In this document: in pieces, positions 1 through 9,243 of the stretch
Position numbering within the stretch: the stretch's first letter is position 1
Layout of the letters: each line of letters opens with the position of its first letter
Source: Minisyncoccota bacterium
Lineage (GTDB): Bacteria; Patescibacteriota; Minisyncoccia; Phycocordibacterales; UBA918
DNA length: 64,000 nt
Direction: 5' to 3'
NCBI GenBank assembly: GCA_040879435.1
Contig: JBBDKG010000012.1
Coordinates: 2,755-66,754 of the forward strand
Translations under genes and position numbers: made by a program
The notes under the pieces: generated by a model
The model's input: only the letters and a program-made list of their open reading frames with translations
Databases searched by the model: none
Told to the model about the DNA's origin: nothing

Positions 1-2
1 GC

Positions 3-1037
3 TTACGCTCGGAAAGAGAAAAAACCGATCAAGAGATCCTCGCTTCTAAAAAGGCTCTTGAAACGGGAGCGGACCGTGCTGTGCACAAGGCTCGAGAGAG
101 CGCAGACGACGTACTGAGCACGGCACGTCACAAAGCTGACGCTCGTACAGCTCCAGGTAAGGACGTTGTAAAAACTCGTGTTGTTGAGGACACGGTCCTA
201 GAACAAGAGCGAGATGTTGCTGATGAGAACATCGTTCACGAGCGAGCGCAGGTCGATCATGCACTGCAACGCCTGCTACCGCTCGAGCGAGAAGCGACAG
301 ATAGAACGCTACTTACCGAGCGGGCGCGTTCAGATGCCGCCCTTGAGAACAGGGATGATCTTTTAGGGGTAGTGTGCCATGACTTGCGCGACCTACTCGG
401 AGGAATTGTACTGAACACTGAGTTACTCACAAAAGAGGTCGATTCTGAAGAGGAAGCAAAGCGCGTCGCCGTGCAGGTTTCTCAGATTCAACGGTATGCG
501 GCACGAATGAGTCGACTCATAGGTGATTTAGTCGATGTCACAAGCATTGACTTAGGCAGGCTTTCGATAACACCGAGACACGCTGATACCGCTCCTTTAA
601 TTTCTGAAGTAGCAGATACGTTCCGGACCATAGCGGAGTCGAAAGGTATTACGTTGCTGGTAGATGATACACTCGGTCCCGCAACAGCCTCGTTTGATCA
701 AGAGAGGATACTACAGGTTCTCGCAAATTTACTGACCAACTCCATCAAATTCACGCCGCAGGGTGGTACTGTTTCAGTATCGCGGAAAATGTCAGGATCA
801 GTTGTGGAGTTTATGGTCAGCGACACAGGAGTCGGTATTTCCCCAGAATCAATTGGACTTGTTTTTGAACGCTTTTGGCAAGTTGGAAAAAATGACCGGC
901 AAGGACTAGGTCTTGGTCTCCATATTTCCAAATGCATCGTTGAATCGCACGGCGGAAAAATCTGGGTAGAAAGTACAGTGGGAGAAGGTAGCCGGTTCTA
1001 TTTTACGCTGCCGTGCAACGTTCAAGAAAATAGCTAA
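3..1037 (+). CDS. Sensor histidine kinase (HisKA + HATPase_c), 5'-truncated by the window edge
   Basis: H-box (VCHDLRDLL), N-box (QVLANLLTNSIKFT), G1 (DTGVGI), F (FERFWQ) and G2 (GLGLGL) motifs. The frame is open back to base 3 (LRSEREKTDQE...). Confidence 0.92.
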   Translation, partial: LRSEREKTDQEILASKKALETGADRAVHKARESADDVLSTARHKADARTAPGKDVVKTRVVEDTVLEQERDVADENIVHERAQVDHALQRLLPLEREATDRTLLTERARSDAALENRDDLLGVVCHDLRDLLGGIVLNTELLTKEVDSEEEAKRVAVQVSQIQRYAARMSRLIGDLVDVTSIDLGRLSITPRHADTAPLISEVADTFRTIAESKGITLLVDDTLGPATASFDQERILQVLANLLTNSIKFTPQGGTVSVSRKMSGSVVEFMVSDTGVGISPESIGLVFERFWQVGKNDRQGLGLGLHISKCIVESHGGKIWVESTVGEGSRFYFTLPCNVQENS

Positions 1038-1129
1038 GTACTAGTCGAAGAGTCTTTTTATTAAAAACTCTGGCCATTTCTTTTAGATACACTGCTGACA
1101 AACTAGTCTCCCCTCTTAGAAGCGAACCC

Positions 1130-2863
1130 TCACTCGTTTTCACCTTCCAAAGTATGTTTCGTATGTTCAACTGTATCTCCTTGCCAGTTCTTTCTCTTCT
1201 CCCGAACCTTCTTTACATATCCCGTCTTGACAAGCTTAGGGACTTTACCTGGATGCTTGAGCTGTCGCAGTCCTTTTGCAATAAGTTGTCGTGGTCGTTC
1301 CCTACGTGTCCCAAAGATCTTACCGATCTCTTCCAAGCTAACGCTAGTTGGCTTTTCGGGATCATTCAGATGAAGTTCAGCAACTGCACTTTCCGGGATC
1401 TTCCCTATGACGGCCAAAAACATTTGCTCCGCTGAGTTTAGATCACGCAAAGAATCTTTCTGTGGATCAAACTTCAGTAATTCCTGATACGAACCGTTCC
1501 TGATAGATGTATTATCACCTCCTAAAAGTTCATTTTGCACATCCTCATTCCGCCAACGGCCCGGACCAGTTAATCCGAAATACAAACGTACTGCCAGTTC
1601 CTCTCGCAGAGGTACTGATTCAAGATTTTCCGTAATTGCATCTTGCAACTTACTATAGTCAATACTTTCAAGGTCAATGAATAAGTCCTCCTCTTTCTCA
1701 CGATTGTGTTCCAACACATCATCGTCGTACTCTTCCGAGGTTGCACCAGTCTGGCGTGCTGTTTTTCGTACCTCTGCTAGTGAAAAGCCGGTCTCCTCAG
1801 CAATGAGCAGCTCTCGTTCGTTACTTGGCAAGTTGTTAAAGTACGGATCTTTACCAACCAGCGTATTAACAGCTTTTTGATACGTAGCAATTTTCCGAAT
1901 ATCGTTGGGTTTTCGTGCATACCCTTCTTTCTGAACTGAAAGATATGTGCGTATATATCCTTCAATATATGGGACGAAATAAGATGACGGCCGTGTTTCT
2001 CGGTCTTCGTATCTCCTAATGGCGACCACCAAACCCTCCATTCCAGCCTGAAACAGGTCGTCCGCGGTGACAACGCTGTTCGGCCCAAACTTATCAAGCA
2101 CTCTTTTAAGAACCGTAATTACCAGTCCTGTAGACATTTTCACCGCTTGTTCCATTTTTTCTGGATCGTCCTTGGCTTCAAGCAAAATCTGCTTATATGT
2201 TTCGTACGGAATCTCGTTGCCGTGAACATCACTGATCTCACCGTTTTTAAAAAAATATTCTTGTTTAAATCCTTTCAAGTTCGGTGAATATCTAAATTCT
2301 GGCTGTATGGCAGCTTCTGCTTCGATATCCAGTCCTTGTGAGAAACTCTCTTCAGCTGTTTGCATGTAAGTATCCACCTCTTGGACTTCATCGTTGGCTT
2401 GATCTACGATTCTGCTAGTCTGGCGGTTAGGTCGCGGACGTTCCGTTGTGGGTACGTCTGGCAACGGGAACGAGTACGGGTCATGTTCAATACTTTCGTC
2501 TGCTGACGTTTCTTCGCTGCCGGCGAGTGTCGGTTCGGGACTGCTAACCAATTGGAGAAATTCAAGCTTTTTGATCTCTCGTTCGTGTTCAATGATAAAA
2601 TTGTAATTACCATCTTCGTCTTTTTCAGTCCACGGATGCACACCCATTGCGACAAACTCGTTTTGTATGTCTTCCTTTTGGTTGGATGGCACATGGAAAG
2701 TGACCGACCGTATTCGTTCGCCATCTCTTTCAACGTTCGCGTTCTCTAAAAATACACTGACTTTCTTTGCGGAAGCCTGCAGCTCATCGTATGCTTTCCC
2801 ATCTCCGAACACTTCAAGGAAAGCCCTGGTTTCGGCCGATGGTTGCTTTGGTGCTCTTTCCAT
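1130..2863 (-). CDS. Divergent sigma70-family (RpoD/FliA-like) protein, 577 aa, with long N-terminal extension and region-4 insertion
   Basis: Region 2.2 DLFQAGMEGLVVAIRRYE, region 3 IAEETGFSLAEV, region 4.1 LREELAVRLYFGL, region 4.2 SLEEIGKIFGTRRERPRQLIAKGLRQLKHP. Confidence 0.8.
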   Translation of the reverse strand: MERAPKQPSAETRAFLEVFGDGKAYDELQASAKKVSVFLENANVERDGERIRSVTFHVPSNQKEDIQNEFVAMGVHPWTEKDEDGNYNFIIEHEREIKKLEFLQLVSSPEPTLAGSEETSADESIEHDPYSFPLPDVPTTERPRPNRQTSRIVDQANDEVQEVDTYMQTAEESFSQGLDIEAEAAIQPEFRYSPNLKGFKQEYFFKNGEISDVHGNEIPYETYKQILLEAKDDPEKMEQAVKMSTGLVITVLKRVLDKFGPNSVVTADDLFQAGMEGLVVAIRRYEDRETRPSSYFVPYIEGYIRTYLSVQKEGYARKPNDIRKIATYQKAVNTLVGKDPYFNNLPSNERELLIAEETGFSLAEVRKTARQTGATSEEYDDDVLEHNREKEEDLFIDLESIDYSKLQDAITENLESVPLREELAVRLYFGLTGPGRWRNEDVQNELLGGDNTSIRNGSYQELLKFDPQKDSLRDLNSAEQMFLAVIGKIPESAVAELHLNDPEKPTSVSLEEIGKIFGTRRERPRQLIAKGLRQLKHPGKVPKLVKTGYVKKVREKRKNWQGDTVEHTKHTLEGENE

Positions 2864-3014
2864 ACCTTAATTTTACCATGCTATATAGCGCATCCTTCAC
2901 TTGCACACTCAACGAGCTCATTAGCGTCACCGCAATCAACAAGCAGGAAGCTTCTATTGCTTGCACTTTTGCCAATACTAGCGGTACAGTAGAGTAATCG
3001 AGAGGGAGGTTCCC

Positions 3015-3467
3015 ATGATCGACAAAAAGAAGTTCCTTGGTATACACATTAGCGACGGGGACGACTACGGTACCATCCACCTGCGACTCGCGGTCAATCT
3101 GCTGACAAGCGTTCGGCAGCGAGATAGCGAGCAGGTTATCGAAGAGAAAGCCTGCAATATCGTCAAGGTTTGTTGCGAGCCAATGTTCGATAATCTGATC
3201 GAAGCGTATGACTGGAATCCTGATGAGGTCGATTACGCCGAAGAAGTGCTGGTGCAGTACATGAAGTTCGCTACCAACGAATTGCTCCAAAAAGCGAAGC
3301 ACCGTGTAAAGCACACGCGCAAACATGAGCGTAGGACAAAGCTCCAGATCGACGATCTCACGGTAGCTGCGATCATGGCGTTCGTCATGACGCTACCGGA
3401 CAGAGCCGCCGATCAACTTGAGGATTCCTTCCTCAAGGATCACGGAGCAATGTATTTCAGCCGCTGA
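3015..3467 (+). CDS. Hypothetical protein
   Basis: 150-aa ORF with SD GGGAGG and a downstream hairpin terminator. Confidence 0.65.
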   Translation: MIDKKKFLGIHISDGDDYGTIHLRLAVNLLTSVRQRDSEQVIEEKACNIVKVCCEPMFDNLIEAYDWNPDEVDYAEEVLVQYMKFATNELLQKAKHRVKHTRKHERRTKLQIDDLTVAAIMAFVMTLPDRAADQLEDSFLKDHGAMYFSR

Positions 3468-3482
3468 CGGCAGAACACCGCC

Positions 3483-3517
3483 ATGAAGGGTCGCCTTCAG
3501 GCGGCTTTTCATTTTTG
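3483..3517 (+). terminator. Intrinsic terminator
   Basis: ATGAAGGGTCGCC-TTCA-GGCGGCTTTTCAT followed by a T run. Confidence 0.65.
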
Positions 3518-3573
3518 TGGTGTAGAACCTGGCACGTCACCTTTTGTTGTAGACAACGGTTATAGAAACTGTC

Positions 3574-3858
3574 ATGCAAAACATACACATCATTCGCCCT
3601 CTACTCGGAACAATACTTATCCTACTCATTCCGCTCGTCGCGATGCAGTTCACAAGCGAGGTCGCCTGGGATGAGACCGACTTCATCGTCATGGGTATAC
3701 TTCTTTTCGGTACCGGACTCCTGCTTGAGTTCGCCTCGTCAAAGTTCAGCTCCTCCCCGTATCGCATCATTGCAATACTCGGCATCATCGCCGTATTCCT
3801 CCTCACTTGGGCGGAACTCGCAGTCGGCGTCTTCGGCACACCGTTTGCAGGATCGTAG
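3574..3858 (+). CDS. Small membrane protein (about 3 TM)
   Basis: Hydrophobic 94-aa ORF ending LTWAELAVGVFGTPFAGS. Confidence 0.75.
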   Translation: MQNIHIIRPLLGTILILLIPLVAMQFTSEVAWDETDFIVMGILLFGTGLLLEFASSKFSSSPYRIIAILGIIAVFLLTWAELAVGVFGTPFAGS

Positions 3859-3916
3859 AGAGAGCTTCCGCGCGTCGCGATCCGTTCAGTTGCATTTTAT
3901 GAACGTTCGTGTGTAA

Positions 3917-4888
3917 ATGCATACTACTCATATGCATGTCACGCTGAAACATCACCGTCGGGTCATCCTAATTTTCGGCTCCATAACCGCCGTTTTGATC
4001 GCGGCACTTGTCGCGATCTTGCTGATTTACGTCCTCCCCACTGAGGAGAAGAGACCACTCTCTGGCGGCCCGATCGATGACGCCGCGTCCGTGTTCTGGG
4101 AAGCACCAAAGAGCCCTTTCGCTGCAAAGGAGGAGGTCGTTATCGTACATCCACAACCGAACGACGCAGCGACGACGAGCGCAGAGGAGGTACTCCCGGT
4201 CACCGAGGTACTCTTTGAATACATCCGTATCATGGACAGCTGTGGTGCACGCTTCGAAGGCGAGTGTGTAAATGTTCGGTCGGGACCAGGAACAGACCAT
4301 CCGGTCGTCACGCGACTGCGTAACGACATCATTTTGAAGGTGGACGGCAAGGTGGAGCGCGGCGACCACAGCTGGTTCCGTATCGTCTTCGATGAGTGGC
4401 TTCGGTACCCGGAGCGTGCCGAGGGCGACTGGTACGTTGCTGCGGATTTCGTTGAGGTATTGCTCGACGAAGGCGTCCGGACCACATGGGAGCACGGAAA
4501 TGCGACAACCAGCAAACGTATCGTCGTCGACCGGTCTGAGCAGATGCTCTACGCGTACGAAAGCGACAAACTTTTCATGGAAACAAGTATCTCCACAGGG
4601 CTCGAACTCTCCCCTACTCCACGCGGAACATTCACCGTGTTCAAAAAGACCCCGAGCCGGTATATGCAAGGCCCGATCCCCGGCATTCCCGGCAGCGACT
4701 ACTATGACCTCCCTGGAGTACCGTGGAATCTATACTTCACTGAAGGCGGCGCGGTCATTCACGGTGCATACTGGCACGAAAACTTCGGTGAGCAGTATTC
4801 GCACGGCTGTGTAAACCTGCGGCCAATGGACGCAGAGCGATTGTATAACTGGGCGCCGCTTGGAACGACAGTGGTGGTCCGTGATTAG
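3917..4888 (+). CDS. L,D-transpeptidase (YkuD family) with N-terminal TM and SH3b-like domain
   Basis: VNVRSGPGT (SH3b), IVVDRSEQML, TPRGTF, catalytic IHGAYWH...SHGCVNL. Start could be 3932. Confidence 0.92.
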   Translation: MHTTHMHVTLKHHRRVILIFGSITAVLIAALVAILLIYVLPTEEKRPLSGGPIDDAASVFWEAPKSPFAAKEEVVIVHPQPNDAATTSAEEVLPVTEVLFEYIRIMDSCGARFEGECVNVRSGPGTDHPVVTRLRNDIILKVDGKVERGDHSWFRIVFDEWLRYPERAEGDWYVAADFVEVLLDEGVRTTWEHGNATTSKRIVVDRSEQMLYAYESDKLFMETSISTGLELSPTPRGTFTVFKKTPSRYMQGPIPGIPGSDYYDLPGVPWNLYFTEGGAVIHGAYWHENFGEQYSHGCVNLRPMDAERLYNWAPLGTTVVVRD

Positions 4889-4997
4889 TACATACTCTGC
4901 AATTCTGACCAAAACATCCCCTGCTTCATGAAATCGGCACTTCACCACGTATTCACCATTGTGTGCAAGCAACGGACAACGATAGACTGGTAACACT

Positions 4998-5735
4998 TTG
5001 ATCTACCGCAGAACGATCCCTATAGTATGCGTTATGTGTGCATACACTCTTCCGTTCATTGTAACGGGTGCGCCGGTTACCTACACCGCGGCACCGCCGG
5101 CGAACGCAGCATGGGAACCAACGATCGACACAAGCGTAGCAGAACCTGATGCACCGAACGTGCACGTGGATGCGACCATTCCCGAATCCGAGGAGACAAA
5201 TGTTCCCGATGAGACCCCAGAAATAGTGGACAAGGATACTGTTCGAATTGTTCCGTTCTACTCCCAGTTCACCGACATCAGTGATCTGGCATGGAAGAAG
5301 ATCGGCTGCGGTATCGCAAGTCTCGCGATGCTCATTGACTACTATGAACCGGCAGTTTCGGTCGATACCTTGTTGGCAGAAGGAATTGCGGCGGATGCAT
5401 ATCTCGACGATGCCGGTTGGACGTATGCAGGACTTGTTGGACTCGCTGAGGACCACGGCCTCTCTGGAGAAAGTGTCGTGTTGCATCATCTGAGTATGAA
5501 CGATGCGTTCGCTTCTCTTGAAGAATCGCTTGAAGAAGGGCCGGTGATGGCGTCCGTCTACTATACCTTCACGCTGGGTCATCCGATCCCCCACCTCGTG
5601 ATCATAAACGACATCGAAGATGATATCGTCCACTACAACGATCCAGCGGAGCCGGCAGGCGGTGGCACTATATCCGTGGAAGATTTCAAACCCGCGTGGA
5701 AGAAGCGCTATATCGAGATCCGACCAAGCTCGTAG
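4998..5735 (+). CDS. Secreted C39-like cysteine peptidase
   Basis: VPFYSQ...GCGIASLAM...HLVII...YNDP pattern; signal-like N-terminus. Start uncertain. Confidence 0.85.
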   Translation: MIYRRTIPIVCVMCAYTLPFIVTGAPVTYTAAPPANAAWEPTIDTSVAEPDAPNVHVDATIPESEETNVPDETPEIVDKDTVRIVPFYSQFTDISDLAWKKIGCGIASLAMLIDYYEPAVSVDTLLAEGIAADAYLDDAGWTYAGLVGLAEDHGLSGESVVLHHLSMNDAFASLEESLEEGPVMASVYYTFTLGHPIPHLVIINDIEDDIVHYNDPAEPAGGGTISVEDFKPAWKKRYIEIRPSS

Positions 5736-5809
5736 GTTGACGGCCAACATATTGGAGTCGCTAAGCATCACTAAGTGACAGGCTCCCGCTATCTTTGTGA
5801 TATGTAATA

Positions 5810-6250
5810 ATGTCTGTATCTATGGATATACTCGACGCCATAAGAGAGCCAGAGCTTGAACCTGCATCATTTCGACGGATAGCCGAGATGCTATTTGATG
5901 AACTTACTGTCGACATCTTTCAAAACAAGGAGGAAGCGCGTGCATATGTAGAAAGTGTCGATGGGATCATTGATGCGGCACAGTCCGATGGCAACACACT
6001 TCACACTGAACGAATAATTCAGCTGGCGGCCGCACTTGGTGAAGCCTTCATCATACTCTTTGAGGGAGAGTGGAAATACGATGAGGAGTGGGAACGCTGG
6101 GTGGTCGCGTGTGCCACCAACGCTGGCGACCCGGTGCATCTGAACGTGTTCAACAAACTTGAAAAGCGTGTTGCCAATGGTGACGAAGACTCGATCTCAT
6201 ACTACTTTGAAGGTACACAGTCGCTCATCGACGGTTCATTGAAGATATAG
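5810..6250 (+). CDS. Hypothetical acidic protein (possibly DUF3806-like)
   Basis: LAAALGE...GEW...W...VFNKLEKR pattern; -10 TATGTAAT close to the ATG. Confidence 0.6.
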   Translation: MSVSMDILDAIREPELEPASFRRIAEMLFDELTVDIFQNKEEARAYVESVDGIIDAAQSDGNTLHTERIIQLAAALGEAFIILFEGEWKYDEEWERWVVACATNAGDPVHLNVFNKLEKRVANGDEDSISYYFEGTQSLIDGSLKI

Positions 6251-6257
6251 AACTTAT

Positions 6258-7337
6258 ATGGAAAAACTTGAACAAATCCAGAAAAATCCTGAGGTTCTCA
6301 GCCCAGAACAGCTACACACTATCGCTCGCGCATACGACCTCCCTCCCCTCCACTTCCTGCATTCCCCAGAGGCAGGGATCATTACCGATAACGCTATCCT
6401 GGAGGCCGAGGACGGAACCCGATACTTTGCCAAACTGTATGACAGTGTAGACGAAGAAAAGCACACGAGTATATACCGAGCCGCTGAGCTGCTCGCCGCA
6501 AACCCGCTCATACCTGTCTCACTTCCCTTCTTATCCAAAGATGGAACATATACCGTCGATGTAGCGGGACGTCCATTAGCACTATTCTCATACGTACCCC
6601 ACCGAGCTGAACCGCCGCAAACTGAAGCTGAAGAGGCGGCGCTCGCCTCCAGCATGGCCGTGAATCTTGGACGCATGCATGCAGTAGAGGTACCAAAAGA
6701 TGACCCGCTACTACGCCCCATTGGAAGGTGGCAGGAAGAAGCCCGGACAACGCGTACTTCTATGCTTGAACGCGTCATCAAGCACATTCATACCCTAGAG
6801 AAACGGGATCAGTTTGATGAACTGGCTCTTGAATCAGCAACTACCAAGTTATCCTTGATACAGTCGCTACCCGAACCAGATTGGGACGCTCTTGACTTGA
6901 ACATTTGTCATGCTGACTATCATGGACACAATGTGCTATACGATGAGGATATGAACGTGGTGGCAATATTTGACTGGGATAATGCCGGATTGGCAGATAA
7001 GTACATGGACTTCGTGAACACATTTGCGATGACTGTAATTGGTCATCGGTTTGATTCGTATCAGGAAGATCGGTTTGAGATAGCACGCGCTGTATGTGAA
7101 CAGTATCAGGAAGGACTCGGTCAGCAGATCGATATGTCACATTTGCGAACGGCGTATGACGCGTTGATGCACGAGCGCATCGGGACCTCCTGGCCGGTCT
7201 TTCAGCACTACTTTTCAGGACACACCAGAAACGACAACCGTGTCGAGCCGGTGCTTCGAAAAGCAAAATTCCATGCTGAGAACTACGAGGAGATGTGGGA
7301 TTTCATAGAAAGAGCCGCTACCGAAAGACACGACTAG
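6258..7337 (+). CDS. Phosphotransferase (APH / homoserine kinase type II fold)
   Basis: YFAK lysine, Brenner motif CHADYHGHNVL, metal-binding IFDWD. Confidence 0.88.
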   Translation: MEKLEQIQKNPEVLSPEQLHTIARAYDLPPLHFLHSPEAGIITDNAILEAEDGTRYFAKLYDSVDEEKHTSIYRAAELLAANPLIPVSLPFLSKDGTYTVDVAGRPLALFSYVPHRAEPPQTEAEEAALASSMAVNLGRMHAVEVPKDDPLLRPIGRWQEEARTTRTSMLERVIKHIHTLEKRDQFDELALESATTKLSLIQSLPEPDWDALDLNICHADYHGHNVLYDEDMNVVAIFDWDNAGLADKYMDFVNTFAMTVIGHRFDSYQEDRFEIARAVCEQYQEGLGQQIDMSHLRTAYDALMHERIGTSWPVFQHYFSGHTRNDNRVEPVLRKAKFHAENYEEMWDFIERAATERHD

Positions 7338-7446
7338 GAGGAGTATTACATAAAGAATCACACCTCCGATGATGCTCATCGTCTACCACGCGGAGCTGAC
7401 AAATTGCAAATAGTGTGGTATTTTGAGTTTTGAAAGGAGCCCTTCA

Positions 7447-8097
7447 ATGGAGCAAAGAGCAGAAGTTCTCGAAGCTGGCTTCCGTCAAGCCTGCGAGGAT
7501 GTGGGAATAAAGGAAGAAGACCGACTCACCATCGAGTCCTTGCTGGCGCCCTTGCGTAATAAGAACGCGGTGACGCACGCGCACTATCTGCATTCACTGC
7601 GAGTCAGCCTCATTGCTCGCGCGATTGGAAAGCATACGCATCACGAAGAAAAACCATTGTTGTTTGCGGGTGCGCTCCACGACATCGGCAAGGCCCTAAC
7701 CCCTGTCGAGGTGATGGGCAAGACTGGTCCTTGGACAGAGGCCGACCAGCGCGTGATGCAGCAGCACGTGATGGATAGCTATCGGTTGTTGCGGGGGAGA
7801 TTCGACTTCACCGCCGAAATCATCCTCTGGCACCATCGCTTCCAAGAGCATGGCTACCCTAGGGTCTTACCGAAGCCTTTGCGCGAATACAGCGAGCCGA
7901 CCAAGTTGCTCGTCGTCGAATATGGCCGCTTGCTTGCGCTCGCGGACGTCTACGACGCCCTACACCGTCCCAACAGTAAGTTCAAGGAGGGGCATGGTCT
8001 GAGCGACGAGGAGGTTAAGGAGCAGATGTTCGCCTTGAACCCTGACAAGAAAAAGCTCGTCGCCTCTCTTTACGAAGCTGGAGTATTTGCAGTCTGA
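7447..8097 (+). CDS. Stand-alone HD-GYP / HD phosphohydrolase
   Basis: HSLRV, LHDIGK, WHHRFQEHGYP, ADVYDAL; SD AAGGAG before ATG 7447. Confidence 0.85.
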   Translation: MEQRAEVLEAGFRQACEDVGIKEEDRLTIESLLAPLRNKNAVTHAHYLHSLRVSLIARAIGKHTHHEEKPLLFAGALHDIGKALTPVEVMGKTGPWTEADQRVMQQHVMDSYRLLRGRFDFTAEIILWHHRFQEHGYPRVLPKPLREYSEPTKLLVVEYGRLLALADVYDALHRPNSKFKEGHGLSDEEVKEQMFALNPDKKKLVASLYEAGVFAV

Positions 8098-8125
8098 AGC
8101 CGTCTTACGAGACGGCTTCCTTTTT
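8096..8125 (+). terminator. Intrinsic terminator
   Basis: GAAGCCGTCT-TACG-AGACGGCTTC followed by CTTTTT. Confidence 0.7.
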
Positions 8126-8183
8126 ATATGAGCAGAATCTCGGTAGCGCCTAGGCCCGGCATTGTTCGGGCGCGTTTCTTTCA

Positions 8184-8747
8184 TCACCGAAACTCCACCG
8201 TTTTGGTAGGGATCTTTGTATCAAATCGCTTGTATCGCGCATCCCGCGGGTCAAGTTTGTAGTTTATCCGGTGAATGACGCATTTATAGGTCTTTGCGTA
8301 CTGCCCCCGTATCTCTATGAGGATACGGAAGTTCGCCGTCCGACTCGCCGGGATCTTTGCATACAGCAGCGTACCGAGCTTGACCTTTGTCACTCCCTCT
8401 CCCCTGCATGAGATATCAGTCTTATAGATATCACCTTCAGCCGTTCCTTCGATGTGATAGATGAAGCCCGTCGGCTTCTGGCTCGACGCGATCGAGATCG
8501 GTACATATACGGCATTGGTAAGTGCTGTAATATCCAAACGAAGCAGGAATGTCCCCTGTCCACCGTCCACTCCGTCCGGATTCGGTATCCGTTCGTAGCT
8601 TCCTTGGGACTTCTCGATCTTGAAACGAATGAATTCATCGTGGGTCGGGGCCTCCTTCTTTTTCTTTAGTTTAGACTGTAGTGTTTTGACCCTGTTTTGC
8701 AGATCTTTGATCGCCTGCTCTTTCTTCGTGCGAGATGAAGACTTCAT
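8184..8747 (-). CDS. Hypothetical basic protein
   Basis: Clean ORF; TACAAT just upstream of ATG 8747. Confidence 0.65.
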   Translation of the reverse strand: MKSSSRTKKEQAIKDLQNRVKTLQSKLKKKKEAPTHDEFIRFKIEKSQGSYERIPNPDGVDGGQGTFLLRLDITALTNAVYVPISIASSQKPTGFIYHIEGTAEGDIYKTDISCRGEGVTKVKLGTLLYAKIPASRTANFRILIEIRGQYAKTYKCVIHRINYKLDPRDARYKRFDTKIPTKTVEFR

Positions 8748-8862
8748 AACCTGATTGTACCCCATAGTGTGGGGGCAATGCGTTGTTATGCAGTTGATAC
8801 GAATATACTTTTATACAAAGCAGGCCTGTGCTATATTTCGCATCGGCTTTGAGGAGGAACAA

Positions 8863-9183
8863 ATGTCCTTAACTGAGAACGGCCATTACCAGCCGCTACC
8901 CAACTGCCTCACAATCCGGCAATCACCGATCGCCGGACTGGGACTCTTTGCTCTTGAACGAATTCCTGCACATAAGATCCTCGGCGTGACACACGTGTGG
9001 GTCAACGAATGCGGCGGATACTGGACACGGACACCAATCGGCGGGTTCTACAACCACAACGCCGAGGACCCGAACTGTGCAAGCGTCGAACGAATTGGAA
9101 AGAAGTTCCTGTACACGCTCCGTGAGATCCAGCCGGACGAGGAACTAACATCCCGATACACCCTCTACAATCCGACGCAATAA
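8863..9183 (+). CDS. Minimal SET-domain protein (putative lysine methyltransferase)
   Basis: SPIAGLGLFA, FYNH, REIQPDEELTSRY; SD GAGGAGG. Confidence 0.88.
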   Translation: MSLTENGHYQPLPNCLTIRQSPIAGLGLFALERIPAHKILGVTHVWVNECGGYWTRTPIGGFYNHNAEDPNCASVERIGKKFLYTLREIQPDEELTSRYTLYNPTQ

Positions 9184-9188
9184 ACAAT

Positions 9189-9223
9189 ACGACCGGCATG
9201 CGCTGCATGCCGGTCGGTTTTTT
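9189..9223. terminator. Terminator between convergent genes
   Basis: GACCGGCATGC-GCT-GCATGCCGGTC followed by a T run. Confidence 0.7.
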
Positions 9224-9243
9224 GTACGGTACAGAGGTGAGGA

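Noticed and set aside
4953-5771. 272-aa antisense ORF, and similar long shadow ORFs (25206-26054, 34462-35190, 35391-36242, 54326-55057, 62809-63372)
   Set aside because: They overlap well-supported genes, have no motifs, and are expected in GC-rich coding DNA.
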